A stretch of 64,000 bases of DNA from Planctomycetota bacterium (GCA_012960475.1 DUBE01000027.1:42599-106598); one strand, 5' to 3'; shown: positions 53,295 to 62,624, counted from the stretch's first letter. A program made the numbers and translations. The notes: a model not told the origin generated them from the letters alone.

Positions 53295-55334
53295 TCAGGG
53301 GGTGCGCGTGTCCAAGATCCCGGTCCAGGTGCTCGGTGAAGTCAACGTGGGAGGTGCGTCGTAGAGGCTGGTGAATTGGCCCAGCTCCAATTCCCAGGAT
53401 TGTGGCCGTTGGTCAATCAGGCGACCTATCTGGCGAAGTGCAGTGGCTCGGGCTGACTTGCTGCGTCCCTCATCCTTGGCCGCAGCCAGCAGGGTGTCCA
53501 GGTTCTTCGGGTTGCGTGTGCTCGCCAGTGCGGCACAGGAACCGGCGGTGGTCATGGGGCAGTTGCAGCTGGCATGCACCAGACCCACATCCATTGAAAC
53601 ATGGGGATCCCCCAGAATGGCCCGTGCCCGGCCAGATGCCTCTAGCAGATCCGGTAGATGAGCAGCGCCAGCACCCAGTTTCGTGATGCTGGGCAATCGT
53701 GAGGAATCTCCGGTCATGCCCAAGGCCAGAACAAAGTGCGCCTGACTGTGGGGATCCTTGATCGATTTCAGACCTTCCTCGATGCGGGGCCCCGAGCGCG
53801 GGTCATGCAGCAGTCCCAGGCCCAGGGCAATGGTCGCGGCACGCATGGGTTGGCGGAACCGCCGGAGGCGTTTTTCGAGGGCTGTGCGTATACGCGGGGG
53901 GACGGCCTGAGAGTGTTCGCTCATGCCATGTCCGGCCATGCCCAGGGCGAACGCATAGAACGGCCGATCCCGCCCCTGGGCTTTGTCGAAGCCGCGCAAC
54001 AGACCAGAAACCGTGGGGTGCATTCCATGGAATCCGTCGTCGCTTGCATCGGGTCGGCTAATCGACCGGCCAAGAGCCAGACACGCGTAGTGACGCGCCA
54101 CCAGATCCCCACGCCGGGTGTGTAGCAGAAGATGGTCCCGGGCTTGGGAGTCCAGGCGTCCTTTCCCGGCGGTGCTCAGTTCTCCCAGGGCAAGAACAGC
54201 GCAGCGTTCGACCTCGTTCGGCACCTTGGCATGGACATCTGTCAGATCCAGCAGGGTTTGCAGGGCACTTCTACGCAGTTGCGGGTGTCGATTGGCGATG
54301 CGCGCCAGGGCTGTCGCGCAGTAGCCTCGGGCTGCTCGGTGCAGGTCTTGATCCTGTAGGAGTGATTCCAAGAAAACAAAGAGCGCCTCGCCGCTGGAAC
54401 TGGGGGCTAGTTCGCCCTGTGCATCAGGGTCTTCGCCCGAGGCCATTTGGGGCAGGGGGATCACAGACATGCCAAGCACCAAGGCGCTGGACAGATCTCT
54501 TGAGCGTTTGGCGTTGGTCAAGAGGACCTCCGAGAGGGCCTGAACCCCGAAGGTCCGCATGGCGGGGCGCGGCTCGTTCATGCAGGCGATGCCGATTCCG
54601 TAGGCGGCGAAGGTCCGCAGGCGGAGTGGCACACTGGTGCTCCCCACCAGAGCCTTCCCCTCCCGGGTTTCGAACAGCAGATCCCGCAGGAGAACCAGGG
54701 CCTCGCCAGAGCCCTGACCAGCGATGGAGGTGACCGCCGCCTCGGTCACCTTGATATTGGAGTTCGAAAGGAACTTCGATGCAACGGCCACCCCTCCTGC
54801 CTCTTCACCAGGCTTACCGCAGCGTCCCAAGGCGATCAGTGCTTCGTGGGTAAGCTCCGGGCCCATGTTGGGTTTTCTCAGCAGTTCAATCAGTCCCTCT
54901 GCCACCTCTCTCCTGCGGTCGATGGCCTGGTCACGATCCTGACCCGTACGGGGAGTGAGGTCGAGTTGGGTCTTGAAATCGGGCCTTGAGAAGAGGTCCC
55001 TGTGCAGCGACCAGAAGCCCATCCAATCATCGGGATCAGGACCGCCGGCACCTGGGGTCAAGGGTGCGTTTGGCGTACCTGAGGGATTCGGAGCGGCGCC
55101 TGGTCCTACTCCAGGTGTGGTCGGCCGGGCGGGTGGTCTTGGCGCAGGCGGGCCGCCGGGTGGTGCGATGCCTCCGGGTGCCGGAGCTGGGGGCTGAGGA
55201 GGCGGCGGTGCCAGGGTTCCACCGCTATATCCGGGGCGTACGGTGCCCCCGCACTCGATGACAACCGTTGCAACTGTTGGTGCCAGCAAGATCAGGCCCA
55301 TCGCAAGGGGGCGCGGGAGTGGTAGTTGGTTCAT
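53295..55334 (-). CDS. secreted HEAT/armadillo-like repeat protein with a Pro-rich N-terminal linker
   Basis: An N-terminal hydrophobic signal is followed by about 70 aa of Pro/Gly/Ala low complexity. Repeated helical units then follow (ALIALGRCG, AVLALGELS, ACLALGRS, FVLALGMTG). The family call is weak. Confidence 0.4.
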   Translation of the reverse strand: MNQLPLPRPLAMGLILLAPTVATVVIECGGTVRPGYSGGTLAPPPPQPPAPAPGGIAPPGGPPAPRPPARPTTPGVGPGAAPNPSGTPNAPLTPGAGGPDPDDWMGFWSLHRDLFSRPDFKTQLDLTPRTGQDRDQAIDRRREVAEGLIELLRKPNMGPELTHEALIALGRCGKPGEEAGGVAVASKFLSNSNIKVTEAAVTSIAGQGSGEALVLLRDLLFETREGKALVGSTSVPLRLRTFAAYGIGIACMNEPRPAMRTFGVQALSEVLLTNAKRSRDLSSALVLGMSVIPLPQMASGEDPDAQGELAPSSSGEALFVFLESLLQDQDLHRAARGYCATALARIANRHPQLRRSALQTLLDLTDVHAKVPNEVERCAVLALGELSTAGKGRLDSQARDHLLLHTRRGDLVARHYACLALGRSISRPDASDDGFHGMHPTVSGLLRGFDKAQGRDRPFYAFALGMAGHGMSEHSQAVPPRIRTALEKRLRRFRQPMRAATIALGLGLLHDPRSGPRIEEGLKSIKDPHSQAHFVLALGMTGDSSRLPSITKLGAGAAHLPDLLEASGRARAILGDPHVSMDVGLVHASCNCPMTTAGSCAALASTRNPKNLDTLLAAAKDEGRSKSARATALRQIGRLIDQRPQSWELELGQFTSLYDAPPTLTSPSTWTGILDTRTP

Positions 55335-55613
55335 TGGCTCAACCGTTGGTTGGGGATGGCATTCTAGCTAGGTCAGTTTTTAGGCGTTTTTCTGCTGAAG
55401 GATGCTGCTTTTTGAGAGGGCGGTTTTTCAGGTGCCCCAGCCTTAGACACCCTTCCAGGGGGGTGTCAGGGCACATGCGCCGAAGTGAGATAGTCTCACT
55501 AGTCCCTTGTGTCACAGAGTTCTAGTTCTTAGCTACTTGCGTCCTTGCCAAACTCGGGCATCATTGTGGCGGGCCCATGGCCCTTCACCGTTCTCAACCG
55601 CTTCCTCTTCATC

Positions 55614-56966
55614 ATGCAGATCCCCGCAATCATTGGGCGCACAACGACTTCCGCATTTCTTCTTGCTGCTTCTTTTGCTGTCGCTCAGGACAATGTGCTC
55701 ATCATCATTGCTGACGATGTGGGCGTAGACATGGTGGGCTGTTACCAGGAGGGTCCGGACCCTGCTCCGACCCCAGTGATCGATGCTTTGGCCCAACGGG
55801 GAGTGCTCTTCCGCAACGCCTGGGCCAATCCCGCTTGCTCTCCGACGCGCTCTCATGTTCAGACTGGCCGTTATGGGTTCCGTACAGGGCTGGGCATGGT
55901 AGTTTCCCAGAACGGTTGGGCGCTTCAGCAGCAAGAGAACACGATTGCCGACATCCTCAACTCTCAGCCGAGCCTGGGGATCACCACTGGGTTTATCGGA
56001 AAGTGGCATCTCTCGAACCTCCAGACTGGTTCCTACATGGCCCCGAATCTCCAGGGCTATGACGTTTTCATGGGAACCATGGGGAACATCCCCAACTGGC
56101 AGTCATTCTTCAACTACGAGCGCGTGGAGAATGGCGCTGCTGCTATCAGCACAACTTATGCCACGACCGAGCAGGTCGATGATGCCTTGGACTTCATGCA
56201 GAATGCTCCCGAGCCCTGGGTCTGCTACCTCGCGTTCAACACTCCCCATGCGGCCTATCACAAACCTCCGGCGCATCTCTTCACCACAGACGTGCCAAAT
56301 GTGGACCCGAGGCTTGTGCCCCGGCCCTTCTATAAGGCGATGCTGGAGTCCATGGACACCGAGATGGGTCGCCTGTTCAGTTCCATGGGGATTCAAGCCC
56401 TGCGTCGCACCAACGTGATTTTCATGGGTGACAACGGAACTCCTGGCGAAGTCAGCATGTCACCGTTTGAATCGGACCATGCGAAGCTGACTCCCTATGA
56501 GGGCGGAGTCAATGTGCCCCTGATCATCACTGGGCCGATAATCGAGTCGCCCGGCAGGGAAGTGTCCGCTCTGGTGAGCGGTGGGACTGACCTCTTCCAG
56601 ACTGTGCTCGACTTGATGGGTGCCAGCATCGCGCAGCCGTCACTTGCCATCCCGACAGATTCGGTCAGCATGCTGCCCTATCTACTGGATCCCCAGCAGG
56701 CCCCCCTTCGAGATACGGTGTTTGCCGAGTACTTTGGACCCAACAGCCCCTCAGGTTTTGGTTTAGCTTTCACCGCTCGAACAGTACGGAATGTTCGATA
56801 TAAGCTGGTCGAGTTTATTAATTCAGGTGGCCATCGTTATGAGTTTTATGACTTGCAGTCGGATCCTTTTGAGAAGTTTGATCTGGTTTCCCATAGGCTC
56901 TGGACTGTGCCCGCACGGACCGCCTATTTGGACCTGCGCAACGAATTGAAGAGCTTGGTTCCCTAG
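55614..56966 (+). CDS. sulfatase (formylglycine-dependent arylsulfatase family)
   Basis: The blocks VLIIIADDVG and CSPTRSHVQTGRYG (the C-x-P-x-R formylglycine motif) are present. GKWHL and FMGDNG also fit. The signal peptide starts at ATG 55614. Confidence 0.9.
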   Translation: MQIPAIIGRTTTSAFLLAASFAVAQDNVLIIIADDVGVDMVGCYQEGPDPAPTPVIDALAQRGVLFRNAWANPACSPTRSHVQTGRYGFRTGLGMVVSQNGWALQQQENTIADILNSQPSLGITTGFIGKWHLSNLQTGSYMAPNLQGYDVFMGTMGNIPNWQSFFNYERVENGAAAISTTYATTEQVDDALDFMQNAPEPWVCYLAFNTPHAAYHKPPAHLFTTDVPNVDPRLVPRPFYKAMLESMDTEMGRLFSSMGIQALRRTNVIFMGDNGTPGEVSMSPFESDHAKLTPYEGGVNVPLIITGPIIESPGREVSALVSGGTDLFQTVLDLMGASIAQPSLAIPTDSVSMLPYLLDPQQAPLRDTVFAEYFGPNSPSGFGLAFTARTVRNVRYKLVEFINSGGHRYEFYDLQSDPFEKFDLVSHRLWTVPARTAYLDLRNELKSLVP

Positions 56967-56988
56967 GGAGCACCAGGATACCAATCGC

Positions 56989-57025
56989 AACGGCGCGCTG
57001 TTCCCAAGGGGGACGGCGCGCCGTT
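56989..57025. terminator. bidirectional terminator-like hairpin between convergent genes
   Basis: A perfect 10-bp GC-rich stem pairs AACGGCGCGC (56989-56998) with GCGCGCCGTT (57016-57025). A CTTGTT tail follows on the plus strand. Confidence 0.55.
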
Positions 57026-57043
57026 CTTGTTAGGCGTGAGTCC

Positions 57044-57352
57044 TCAACTGGGCTTGCGGCCCCGGGGGAGGTTCGCCTTGGGTAGGGTCACTCCTTGCGT
57101 TTGGAGGTACTTGCTGAGGGCCTTGCGCCCATCTGCTACCGCATGACGCAGGTGGTTATTGCCCTCTTCCGCGGCTTCGCTCAGGCAACGATCCATGGCC
57201 TTGACCAAAGAAACTGCTTTCTTCATGGCGGGGCTGGACTTGAGCTCCTTTTCCTTTGCACGGGCCTTCACATCCCGAATCTTCTTTTCGTAGTCCGCAA
57301 TGAGTTCGTCGGTTGAGCGACGTTTCCTGCGCGTTGAACTTTTTTGTGCCAT
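57044..57352 (-). CDS. small basic helical protein with a C-terminal RGR (AT-hook-like) tail, unknown function
   Basis: The 102-aa protein starts at ATG 57352: MAQKSSTRRKRRSTDELIADYEKKIRDVKARAKEKELK...LPKANLPRGRKPS. The composition is protein-like. The upstream part of the 197-aa ORF-track entry is not. Confidence 0.4.
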   Translation of the reverse strand: MAQKSSTRRKRRSTDELIADYEKKIRDVKARAKEKELKSSPAMKKAVSLVKAMDRCLSEAAEEGNNHLRHAVADGRKALSKYLQTQGVTLPKANLPRGRKPS

Positions 57353-57642
57353 TTGTCTAAGTGTCGGGGAAACCTGAAGATGTCGATTTGAGGGGAGGAA
57401 TTGTCCATAGATGTGGCGCAATTGCAAGCCTGCTCTGGACTTGCATTGGATGGGGTGCAGGGAGGAAGCCGGCGTAGGTCCCAAGAGCGTGCTGGCTAGG
57501 GGCCAAGTCATCGCAGACCCCGTACAGCTCGTACGCGAAGATGGGTAATGGGGTAGCCAGGTCTGCGTCTGCATCCACCTACCAGCCAAGTGGATTGATG
57601 CTGTCCACCTTGTGCCGTCGTGAAGCCTCTGCCGCACGGACT

Positions 57643-57663
57643 GGCAATTCTCGGAGAATTGCC
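57643..57663 (-). terminator. hairpin immediately after the DUF2807 gene stop
   Basis: GGCAATTCT-CGG-AGAATTGCC forms a 9-bp perfect inverted repeat. It begins 2 nt after the stop at 57665. There is no T-tract. Confidence 0.35.
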
Positions 57664-57664
57664 G

Positions 57665-58351
57665 CTACTTGTCCCCACCACTCCCGGGTTCAACACGGAT
57701 CACCCGGCCACTACCTGTAGTGTCCACGTCCTCGCTCGCGTCGCCGCTCAAGTAGATCTTGCCTGAGCCAGTGATACTCCCTGAGAGTTTGTCTTCCACC
57801 CGTACCCGAGCGGTGCCACTGCCAGTCAAGTCTACCTCCATCCTGTCGGCAACGAGTTGGTCCAGGTTCACGTCTCCGGACCCGGTCATGTCCAGGGCGA
57901 CGTCTTCCACCGCTCCCTCCGCTGACAGGTCGCCTGACCCGGTCAGATCCAGCTCCAGCCGTGCCACCTTCAGCCCCTTCATCTCGGTGTCGCCCGAGCC
58001 GGTGCGCTCCAGAAGCTTGCAGTTCGGCATGTGGATCTCGACAGAAGGCATGGGATCTGGGCCGTAGCCATCGCGAGTGTCCAGATCCAGACGGTTCCCG
58101 TTCACCGAGATCTCCATGTAGGCCAGCAGGTTCGAGTCCCCCCGGACAACTACCCGGAACTCTGCGCTCTGCACGATCTTCAAGTCCATCGATCCTGTGC
58201 TATCGATCTCATCAAAGCCCGTGAGGACACGCTCTTCACTGCCCTGTTCACCGTTTCCTTCGACTCGGATCGAACTGAAATCAACCGAGCAAGAGCAGAA
58301 GAGGAGGCCGGACAGAATCAGGAGCGGGTAGGTGCGCATGGGAGAAGTCAT
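57665..58351 (-). CDS. DUF2807 / head-GIN-domain lipoprotein (beta-helix-like repeats)
   Basis: The lipobox is LSGLLFCSCS. A periodic TGSGD/TGSGx repeat is visible (TGSGDTEM, TGSGDLSA, TGSGDVNL, TGSGTARV, TGSGKIYL, TGSGRVIR). Confidence 0.6.
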   Translation of the reverse strand: MTSPMRTYPLLILSGLLFCSCSVDFSSIRVEGNGEQGSEERVLTGFDEIDSTGSMDLKIVQSAEFRVVVRGDSNLLAYMEISVNGNRLDLDTRDGYGPDPMPSVEIHMPNCKLLERTGSGDTEMKGLKVARLELDLTGSGDLSAEGAVEDVALDMTGSGDVNLDQLVADRMEVDLTGSGTARVRVEDKLSGSITGSGKIYLSGDASEDVDTTGSGRVIRVEPGSGGDK

Positions 58352-58492
58352 TAAAGGTGTGAAGTGCTGCTGGGGGGCGGATACTAAGAGTGTATTGGGG
58401 TCCTCACCAGTAGAACTGCGGTTCCGTACTGATCTGGTACAGTCAAGCTCGGTCCTACGTGCTTTTCTCCTGCCCCTTGCTGAAAGTGGTCG

Positions 58493-59602
58493 ATGACGGG
58501 AGAGATGGACTGTCTACGGATTTGCTTGGTTGTGCTCCTAGCCATGGGTTTACCCCTAGAGGGACCTGCTGCTGCAGAAAGCCCCGGCGGGGTGCCCGAG
58601 TTGATCTTGGTTGCTGCCCAGGGCGCCAATCGGGTTGTCTTGATCGAGCCTGGCACCGCTACGCCGCGACAGATCGTGCGGGTTGAGGACGGTCCTTCTG
58701 GTATTGCGCTGGCTCCCAGTGGAGAAACCGCTGCCATCCTTCATGTGGGGGACTCCAAGTCCGGGCATACGGTGACCCTTTTCAGTCTGCGCTTGGGGCG
58801 TGTGCTGCGCGTGATCGATCTGGTCGACAAGGAGCAGCCAGAGGAATCACTCTTTGGACCCTGTGCTGCCGCGTTTGAACCATCTGGGGCGCGGCTCTTG
58901 GTGTGTGTGGAGAACAGCTCCCATCTCTATCGCATTTCCACTGACACCGGCTCGTTGCAGCCCTTGCTTGATCTGGGCGAGAGTGGAGCCTCTGACATGG
59001 TCGTGGCCCGGGATGGTCGCCATGCTTGGGTGAGTTTTTCTGAATCCGGGACCCTGGTAGTCTGCGATTTGATGCGCGGTCGGGTCTTGCGGCGGATTCC
59101 CCTGGGGGGTGGTCCCTCCAGTCTCGCTTTGCATCCGGAAGGGCATGAGATCTGGGTGACGAACTCCTTGACCAACTCGATCAGCGTGGTGGATCTCGTC
59201 GGGAACCGCGAAGTGCTGGAGTTCCCCGTTGGCTCTCAGCCTTGGGACATTGATTTCACACCAGATGGGAGCAAGGTACTGGTCATTCATCGTCATGGTG
59301 GGTCAGCGGCCCTGCTTGATTCCAAGCGGCGGGCAGTACTCGCAGAGATCAGTTTGGGGCCGATGGTCCCGGTAGAACTTGGGGTGGCCAAGAGCCTGCA
59401 GGACATGCCGGCGGGAGTCGGCGTTCTGCCCTCGGCTTTGGCTATGGCTTCCAACGGGCAAGTGGCCCATGTGACCTGCGAGGGCAGCGATGAGCTGCTC
59501 ATTCTGGGCCTCACTCCCCTGTCTATCGAGCGGCGCATTCCAATGGGCAAGCGGCCGACAGCGGTCTGTCACGCGGTCATCGGGACCAAACCGGGCTCCT
59601 AG
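58493..59602 (+). CDS. secreted beta-propeller repeat protein (YVTN/YncE-like)
   Basis: A signal peptide is present, with an alternative ATG at 58505 (MDCLRICLVVLLAMG). Repeated roughly 40-aa units carry motifs such as GPSGIALAPSG, GASDMVVARDG, GPSSLALHPEG and QPWDIDFTPDG. Confidence 0.55.
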   Translation: MTGEMDCLRICLVVLLAMGLPLEGPAAAESPGGVPELILVAAQGANRVVLIEPGTATPRQIVRVEDGPSGIALAPSGETAAILHVGDSKSGHTVTLFSLRLGRVLRVIDLVDKEQPEESLFGPCAAAFEPSGARLLVCVENSSHLYRISTDTGSLQPLLDLGESGASDMVVARDGRHAWVSFSESGTLVVCDLMRGRVLRRIPLGGGPSSLALHPEGHEIWVTNSLTNSISVVDLVGNREVLEFPVGSQPWDIDFTPDGSKVLVIHRHGGSAALLDSKRRAVLAEISLGPMVPVELGVAKSLQDMPAGVGVLPSALAMASNGQVAHVTCEGSDELLILGLTPLSIERRIPMGKRPTAVCHAVIGTKPGS

Positions 59603-61725
59603 GTCCCTGTTGGTTCCGGGTCGGTGCCCCCATTGTCGGCGCTCTTCGTTGGAACGTCGGGCGGCACAGTTGGCTCCTCTGCGGGAGGTTCTTCGAGTTG
59701 GAACAGACTTGCTGTGACCAGGACGCCCCCGATTCCCGCCATGGCGGTCCAAAGGGCGATCTCTCCTGGGCCTCTTTCAAGCACATAGGAGCCGATCGCA
59801 AACAGGATCCCATAGATCGTTGCCAGCCCACCGCCGATGCCCCGCAGAATGGGCTTGGCGTCCTGGGCGGGTGGTAGGTCTAGGCACAGGATACGCACCG
59901 GTTTCCAGGCGCCAATTGGGCGTACCCGGCGGTAGAAGCCGATCAGGCTCTCGGGATGCGGCTTGGGCATCAGCAGTGTGGTCAGTACCGAGCAGGTCGT
60001 CGAGACTGAAACCACGATCAACAGGCGTCCGGCCACGGTCAGGTCGCCTTGATCCGCCAGGGGACCTAGTCGCGCCCAGCTGACCTTGGACCAGGGCGCC
60101 AGCCAGGCAAGTGAGCTGAACTCTCCCGAGAGGTAGCCCGCGATGCGCGGTCCAAAGGTCAAGGCCGAGGCCGTCAGGGCAGAGGTGATCATGGCCACGA
60201 TCTCGGTGGTGGCGCGTACACGCCACCAGAGCCAGCGCATTACATAGACCGGCCCAACTCCTGAAAGGAAGGCCAGGAAGAAGGTGTAGAGGTCTGAAAT
60301 GCGATCGTTTGCCCAGGCCAGGGTGGCTCCCAATATCAGGGCCGCAACGGATGCCAACCGGGCCACTAATACATAGTGACGATCCGTGGCACCACGAGTG
60401 ATGAAGCGTCGGTAGATGTCGTTGACAAAGAACGACGACGCCAGGTTGGTGTGGGTGTCAACAGTGCTCATGAAGGCCGCCAGCAACGAGGCCACCAACA
60501 ATCCGAGCAACCAGGGATTGGTCAGGTAGCGGCGCGCCATGACCACATAGGCCGCCTCTGGATCCGTGCGCGTGAGGGGCTGTCCTTGTACAACCTGCTC
60601 GCCCTTCTTGACCAGAGCCTGACCAGGTTTCCAGTCCTCCATCGCTCCCGGCACATTGAAGAGATCTACTTCTATGGGTTGATACTCGGGCCCCGCCTGG
60701 ACTTGGGCCCGACCTGCATCCATGTCGATGGCCACTATCTTGCCCGTGACCGGGGCCACCGAGTACAGGGTAGGCAGTACCACCAAGGAGCCCACCGCCA
60801 CCAGAATCCAGGGCCAGGGCCGCAGGGCGTAGTGTGCAATGTTGTACCACAGGCTGCCCAACAGGCCGTCCTTCTCCGTGCGCGCAGCGCTGATGCGTTG
60901 CACCACATGGCCTCCCCCATCCACCTGGTCAGTTGCCCACCACTGCACGCCGAGGAAGACGCAGGCGGTTACGAGAGGGATCGTCCAAAAGGAGGGATCG
61001 CTCCATGTGCCGGAGCCTGGTGTGGGAAAGAAGGCCAGTTGCTCGGGCCGAATGACCCCGTTGGCCACGGCTTGGTGCACCGCTTCCGTGCCGCCGATTC
61101 CGCTCCAGACTGCGATAGCCAAAGCCACCGACCCGACCATGGCCATTACAAACTGCACCAAGTCAGTGACCACTACTGCCCAGAATCCAGCCAGGGTGGA
61201 GTAGCCCAAAGCCAGCACACAGGCCACGGTGACCGCCAGTACCTTGTCTACTTCGAAGAGTACTCCCAAGATCTTCGCGGCCGCCAACAGCACCCAGCAG
61301 AGAATGATCGTATTGGTCAGGCCTGCTTGAAAAATGCCCTGCACAAGGCGCAGCAGGCTTGCCTCGCGTCCGCCGTAACGCAACTCGGCCAGTTCCGCCG
61401 TTGTCATCACTTTGGCGCGCCGCCAATAGCGCGCGAAGACGAAGGTGGTCATCATGCCCCCTGCCGCCAGACACCACCACTGCCAGTTCTGCCAGATGCC
61501 GTCCTCGCGCACCCAGCCGGTGATCACCAAAGGCGTGTCGCTGGCGAAGGTAGTGGCCACCATCGAGGTGCCCACCGCCCACCAGGGCAAGTTGCGTCCA
61601 GAGAGAAAATACTCATCCACACTGGACCCAGCGCGCTTGGCCAGCACGATCCCCACGCCCAGGGCCAAGGCAACATAGATGCCAACCACGATCCAGACTT
61701 CAGCGGGGACTCCCATCCATTGCAC
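59599..61725 (-). CDS. sodium:solute symporter (SSF) family transporter with a soluble insertion
   Basis: The SSF N-terminus is AGSSVDEYFLSGRNLPWWAVGTSMVATTFASDTPL, followed by many TM segments. A hydrophilic insert of about 75 aa is present (VTGKIVAIDMDAGRAQVQ...VKKGEQVVQGQPL). Confidence 0.85.
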   Translation of the reverse strand: MQWMGVPAEVWIVVGIYVALALGVGIVLAKRAGSSVDEYFLSGRNLPWWAVGTSMVATTFASDTPLVITGWVREDGIWQNWQWWCLAAGGMMTTFVFARYWRRAKVMTTAELAELRYGGREASLLRLVQGIFQAGLTNTIILCWVLLAAAKILGVLFEVDKVLAVTVACVLALGYSTLAGFWAVVVTDLVQFVMAMVGSVALAIAVWSGIGGTEAVHQAVANGVIRPEQLAFFPTPGSGTWSDPSFWTIPLVTACVFLGVQWWATDQVDGGGHVVQRISAARTEKDGLLGSLWYNIAHYALRPWPWILVAVGSLVVLPTLYSVAPVTGKIVAIDMDAGRAQVQAGPEYQPIEVDLFNVPGAMEDWKPGQALVKKGEQVVQGQPLTRTDPEAAYVVMARRYLTNPWLLGLLVASLLAAFMSTVDTHTNLASSFFVNDIYRRFITRGATDRHYVLVARLASVAALILGATLAWANDRISDLYTFFLAFLSGVGPVYVMRWLWWRVRATTEIVAMITSALTASALTFGPRIAGYLSGEFSSLAWLAPWSKVSWARLGPLADQGDLTVAGRLLIVVSVSTTCSVLTTLLMPKPHPESLIGFYRRVRPIGAWKPVRILCLDLPPAQDAKPILRGIGGGLATIYGILFAIGSYVLERGPGEIALWTAMAGIGGVLVTASLFQLEEPPAEEPTVPPDVPTKSADNGGTDPEPTGT

Positions 61726-61798
61726 GGTAGCGATCCCAGGGTCGTGAGACCAGCGCCGTGGCTTGGGGATGCACTTCCTCAGGGCAGTACGCTAGGGT

Positions 61799-62584
61799 GT
61801 GGTTGTGCGACGACCTCTCTGCTTCCGACGAGTTCTGATCTGCGGGCTCGCCTTCTTGCCTTCAAGCTGTCGGCTGACCCTTGAAGAGGTGCAGGCCCCG
61901 GCTGTGCAGAGGCCGACCTTTTCGAGCAACACGGCCACAGAGCTGAAGGGGAACCTTTCATTGGAAATGGGGGCTGAAACAGGTCCTAGCAGGCGCTTTG
62001 CTGTGCCCATGACTTTTCGCTGGGGAGCTGGCGAACTCACGGAATTTGCCGCGGGTGGAGATGTTTACAAGCGCAGCGTTGAAGGCGCATCGGGGTTTGG
62101 GGATCTGCAGTTTGGCGTGCGTCATCGTGTGCGCGAAATGAATGATGATTCGGCTGCGATGACTATTGGTTGGTTTACCAGTCTTCCCATTGCCTCGAAG
62201 AGCAACAACCTTGGTTCGGGTGAGTTGGATATCGGCTTTTCTCTGGCGCGCGATCACATGCGCGGTATCTCGACCATCACCGAGTTCTACCAGTTGGATC
62301 TGCTCGGAGAGACCGATGGGCGGGGCCTCGACACGGGGCATCTTGCCGCGATTGCCATAAGTCGGCCACTCCCTGGTGCGATTGGTCTGGTTGGCGAACT
62401 CTCGGGGGGCTGGGTGCCCGAGCGGGACTACAGCGCCATCCATGTTCTTCTTGCCGCGACCTACACGCTGGACTCTTGGACCTTGGTCGATCTCGGGCTG
62501 AGGATTGGGTTTGGCGGTGACGCGGAAGATTGGGCCGTGCTGGTGGGCTTTGGGCGTAGTCTTGGGCGGTTGCGGGCGCGTTGA
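61799..62584 (+). CDS. outer-membrane beta-barrel lipoprotein (MetA-pathway/transporter-like barrel)
   Basis: The gene has a GTG start. The lipobox-like signal is LAFLPSSC. The sequence shows an alternating strand pattern (FGDLQFGVRHRV, ELDIGFSLARD, WTLVDLGLRIGFGG). Confidence 0.45.
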   Translation: MVVRRPLCFRRVLICGLAFLPSSCRLTLEEVQAPAVQRPTFSSNTATELKGNLSLEMGAETGPSRRFAVPMTFRWGAGELTEFAAGGDVYKRSVEGASGFGDLQFGVRHRVREMNDDSAAMTIGWFTSLPIASKSNNLGSGELDIGFSLARDHMRGISTITEFYQLDLLGETDGRGLDTGHLAAIAISRPLPGAIGLVGELSGGWVPERDYSAIHVLLAATYTLDSWTLVDLGLRIGFGGDAEDWAVLVGFGRSLGRLRAR

Positions 62585-62624
62585 GGTCGGCTGGTCCGAG
62601 CCCAAGGCGAATCGGGCGATGATT

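Noticed and set aside
55080-55240. Repetitive-looking GC-rich stretch that could suggest a tandem repeat or array
   Set aside because: It is the coding sequence of the Pro/Gly/Ala-rich linker of the HEAT-repeat protein. It has no regular DNA period and no spacer-repeat structure.
57353-57637. Upstream part of the 197-aa ORF (57044-57637) and the 73-aa ORF at 57357-57578
   Set aside because: They are Trp/His/Pro/Ser-rich with no features. Only the last 102 codons, from ATG 57352, look like a real protein.
60376-61884. 502-aa plus-strand ORF antisense to the SSF transporter
   Set aside because: Its composition is Arg/His/Gly/Pro/Gln-rich and not protein-like. The minus-strand frame encodes a textbook polytopic transporter.
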